From: an uncultured delta proteobacterium | Lineage (GTDB): Bacteria > Myxococcota > Myxococcia > Myxococcales > Anaeromyxobacteraceae | NCBI GenBank assembly: GCA_963766715.1 | Contig: CAVYBH010000001.1 | Coordinates: 224,001-288,000, forward strand | Direction of reading: 5' to 3' | DNA: 64,000 bases | Shown: positions 62,827 to 64,000 of the stretch, piece by piece | Position numbering within the stretch: the stretch's first letter is position 1 | Layout of the letters: each line of letters begins with the position of its first letter | Program-made: the position numbers and the translations under genes | Notes under the pieces: generated by a model | Seen by the model: only the letters and a program-made list of their open reading frames with translations | Told to the model about the DNA's origin: nothing | Databases searched by the model: none

Positions 62827-63875
62827 ATGACCAAAGGGTTCTCCACCGATTTCGCGCGCTTCGAGCGGGATGCCCCGCGGCTCTGGGAGCCCTACCGAGG
62901 GGCGCGCCTGCTCGTCACCGGGGGTACGGGTTTCGTGGGCAAGTGGCTCCTGGAGGGGCTGCTCCACGGCGTCGACGCGCTCGGCCTGGACACCCGGGTG
63001 ACGGTGCTGACCCGCGACCCGGACGCCTTCCGGAGGCTGCACCCCCGGCTGGCGCGCCACCCGCGGATCACCCTCCTGCCGGGCGACGTCCTCACGCTGC
63101 GATTGCTCGCCGGGGAGTTCACCCACGTCGTCCACGGCGCCGCCTCGGCGAACGCGAAGGACTACGCGGCCGCGCCGAGGGTGATGTTCGACACCATCGT
63201 CGAGGGGACCCGGCGCCTGCTCGAGCTCTCCCGGCTCGCCGGGGCCCGTCGGTTCCTCTTCCTCAGCTCCGGGGCGGTCTACGGCCGCCAGCCCCCCGAG
63301 CTCTCCCACGTTCCCGAGTCGTTCGAGGAGCACCGACGCCGCGGCCCCGGGCACGGAGTACGGGCAGGCCAAGCGCGCCGCGGAGCAGCTCTGCACGGCC
63401 GCGGCCGGCACGGAGATGGACGCGGTGCTCGCGCGGTGCTTCGCGTTCTCTGGCCCGTACTTGCCGCTCGACGCCCACTTCGCGATCGGCAACTTCGTGC
63501 GGGACGCGATCCAAGGAGGGCCGATCGGATCAGGGCGACGGAACCCCGATGCGCTCCTACCTCTACGGCGCGGACCTGGCCGCGTGGCTCCTCACCCTGC
63601 TGGCGCGTGGGCGGGCCGGACGGGCCTACAACGTCGGTTCGGAGGCGGCCATCTCGATCGAGGACCTGGCGAAGACGGTGACGCGGGTGCTCGCGGTCGG
63701 TCCCGGGGTGGAGATCGCCGGCCAGCGCGTGCCGGGGCGGTTGCCCGAGCGGTACGTACCCTCCACGAGGCGAGCCCGGGAGGAGCTCGGGCTCGTGGAA
63801 ACCGTGAGCCTGGAGCGGGCCATCCTCCGGATGGCGGAGGAGGCACAATGGCGAAGAAGCTCATCAGCATCCTGA
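62827..63875 (+). CDS. NAD-dependent epimerase/dehydratase (extended SDR; frameshifted)
   Basis: [42 protein letters not shown]. Confidence 0.88.
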
Positions 63876-64000
63876 CCCCCTGCTACAACGAAGAGGACAA
63901 CGTCGAGGAACTGACCGGCGCGTCCGCGCCGTCATGGCAGCCGCCGGCGCTACCGGTACGAGCACATCTTCGTTGACAACGCTCCACCGACCCACCGTCG
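63848..64000 (+). CDS. glycosyltransferase family 2 (GtrB/DPM-synthase-like N-terminus), truncated by the window end
   Basis: [22 protein letters not shown]...HIFVDN. Confidence 0.75.

Overview
High-GC window. Gene content and protein style suggest a Myxococcota/Anaeromyxobacter-like deltaproteobacterium (inference). Many single-base indels break genes, including the essential dnaE, and they become very dense at about 30-32.4 kb and 38.6-64 kb. This points to an error-rich long-read assembly rather than mass pseudogenisation. 1-19 kb is mostly housekeeping: lipase-glpK, PQQ-type sugar dehydrogenase, radA, bioB-bioF with a BirA-type operator, threonine dehydratase, LuxR regulator, MFS, dnaE and others. 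From about 18.6 kb to past the right edge lies a surface-polysaccharide locus of more than 45 kb. It holds Wzi, an SLBB/OPX exporter, a co-polymerase, Wzx and a Wzy-like protein; GDP-fucose, dTDP-rhamnose, GDP-heptose, UDP-L-QuiNAc-type and CDP-3,6-dideoxyhexose pathways; three methyltransferases; and several glycosyltransferases. An HNH endonuclease gene interrupts it and five blocks lie on the opposite strand. The most interesting element is at 52.9-64 kb: rfbFGH plus a ThDP carboligase, a NeuB-like PEP aldolase, a dehydroquinate-synthase-like enzyme and several SDRs. Its combined chemistry predicts a caryophyllose-type 12-carbon branched sugar (hypothesis). No rRNA, tRNA or CRISPR array was recognised.
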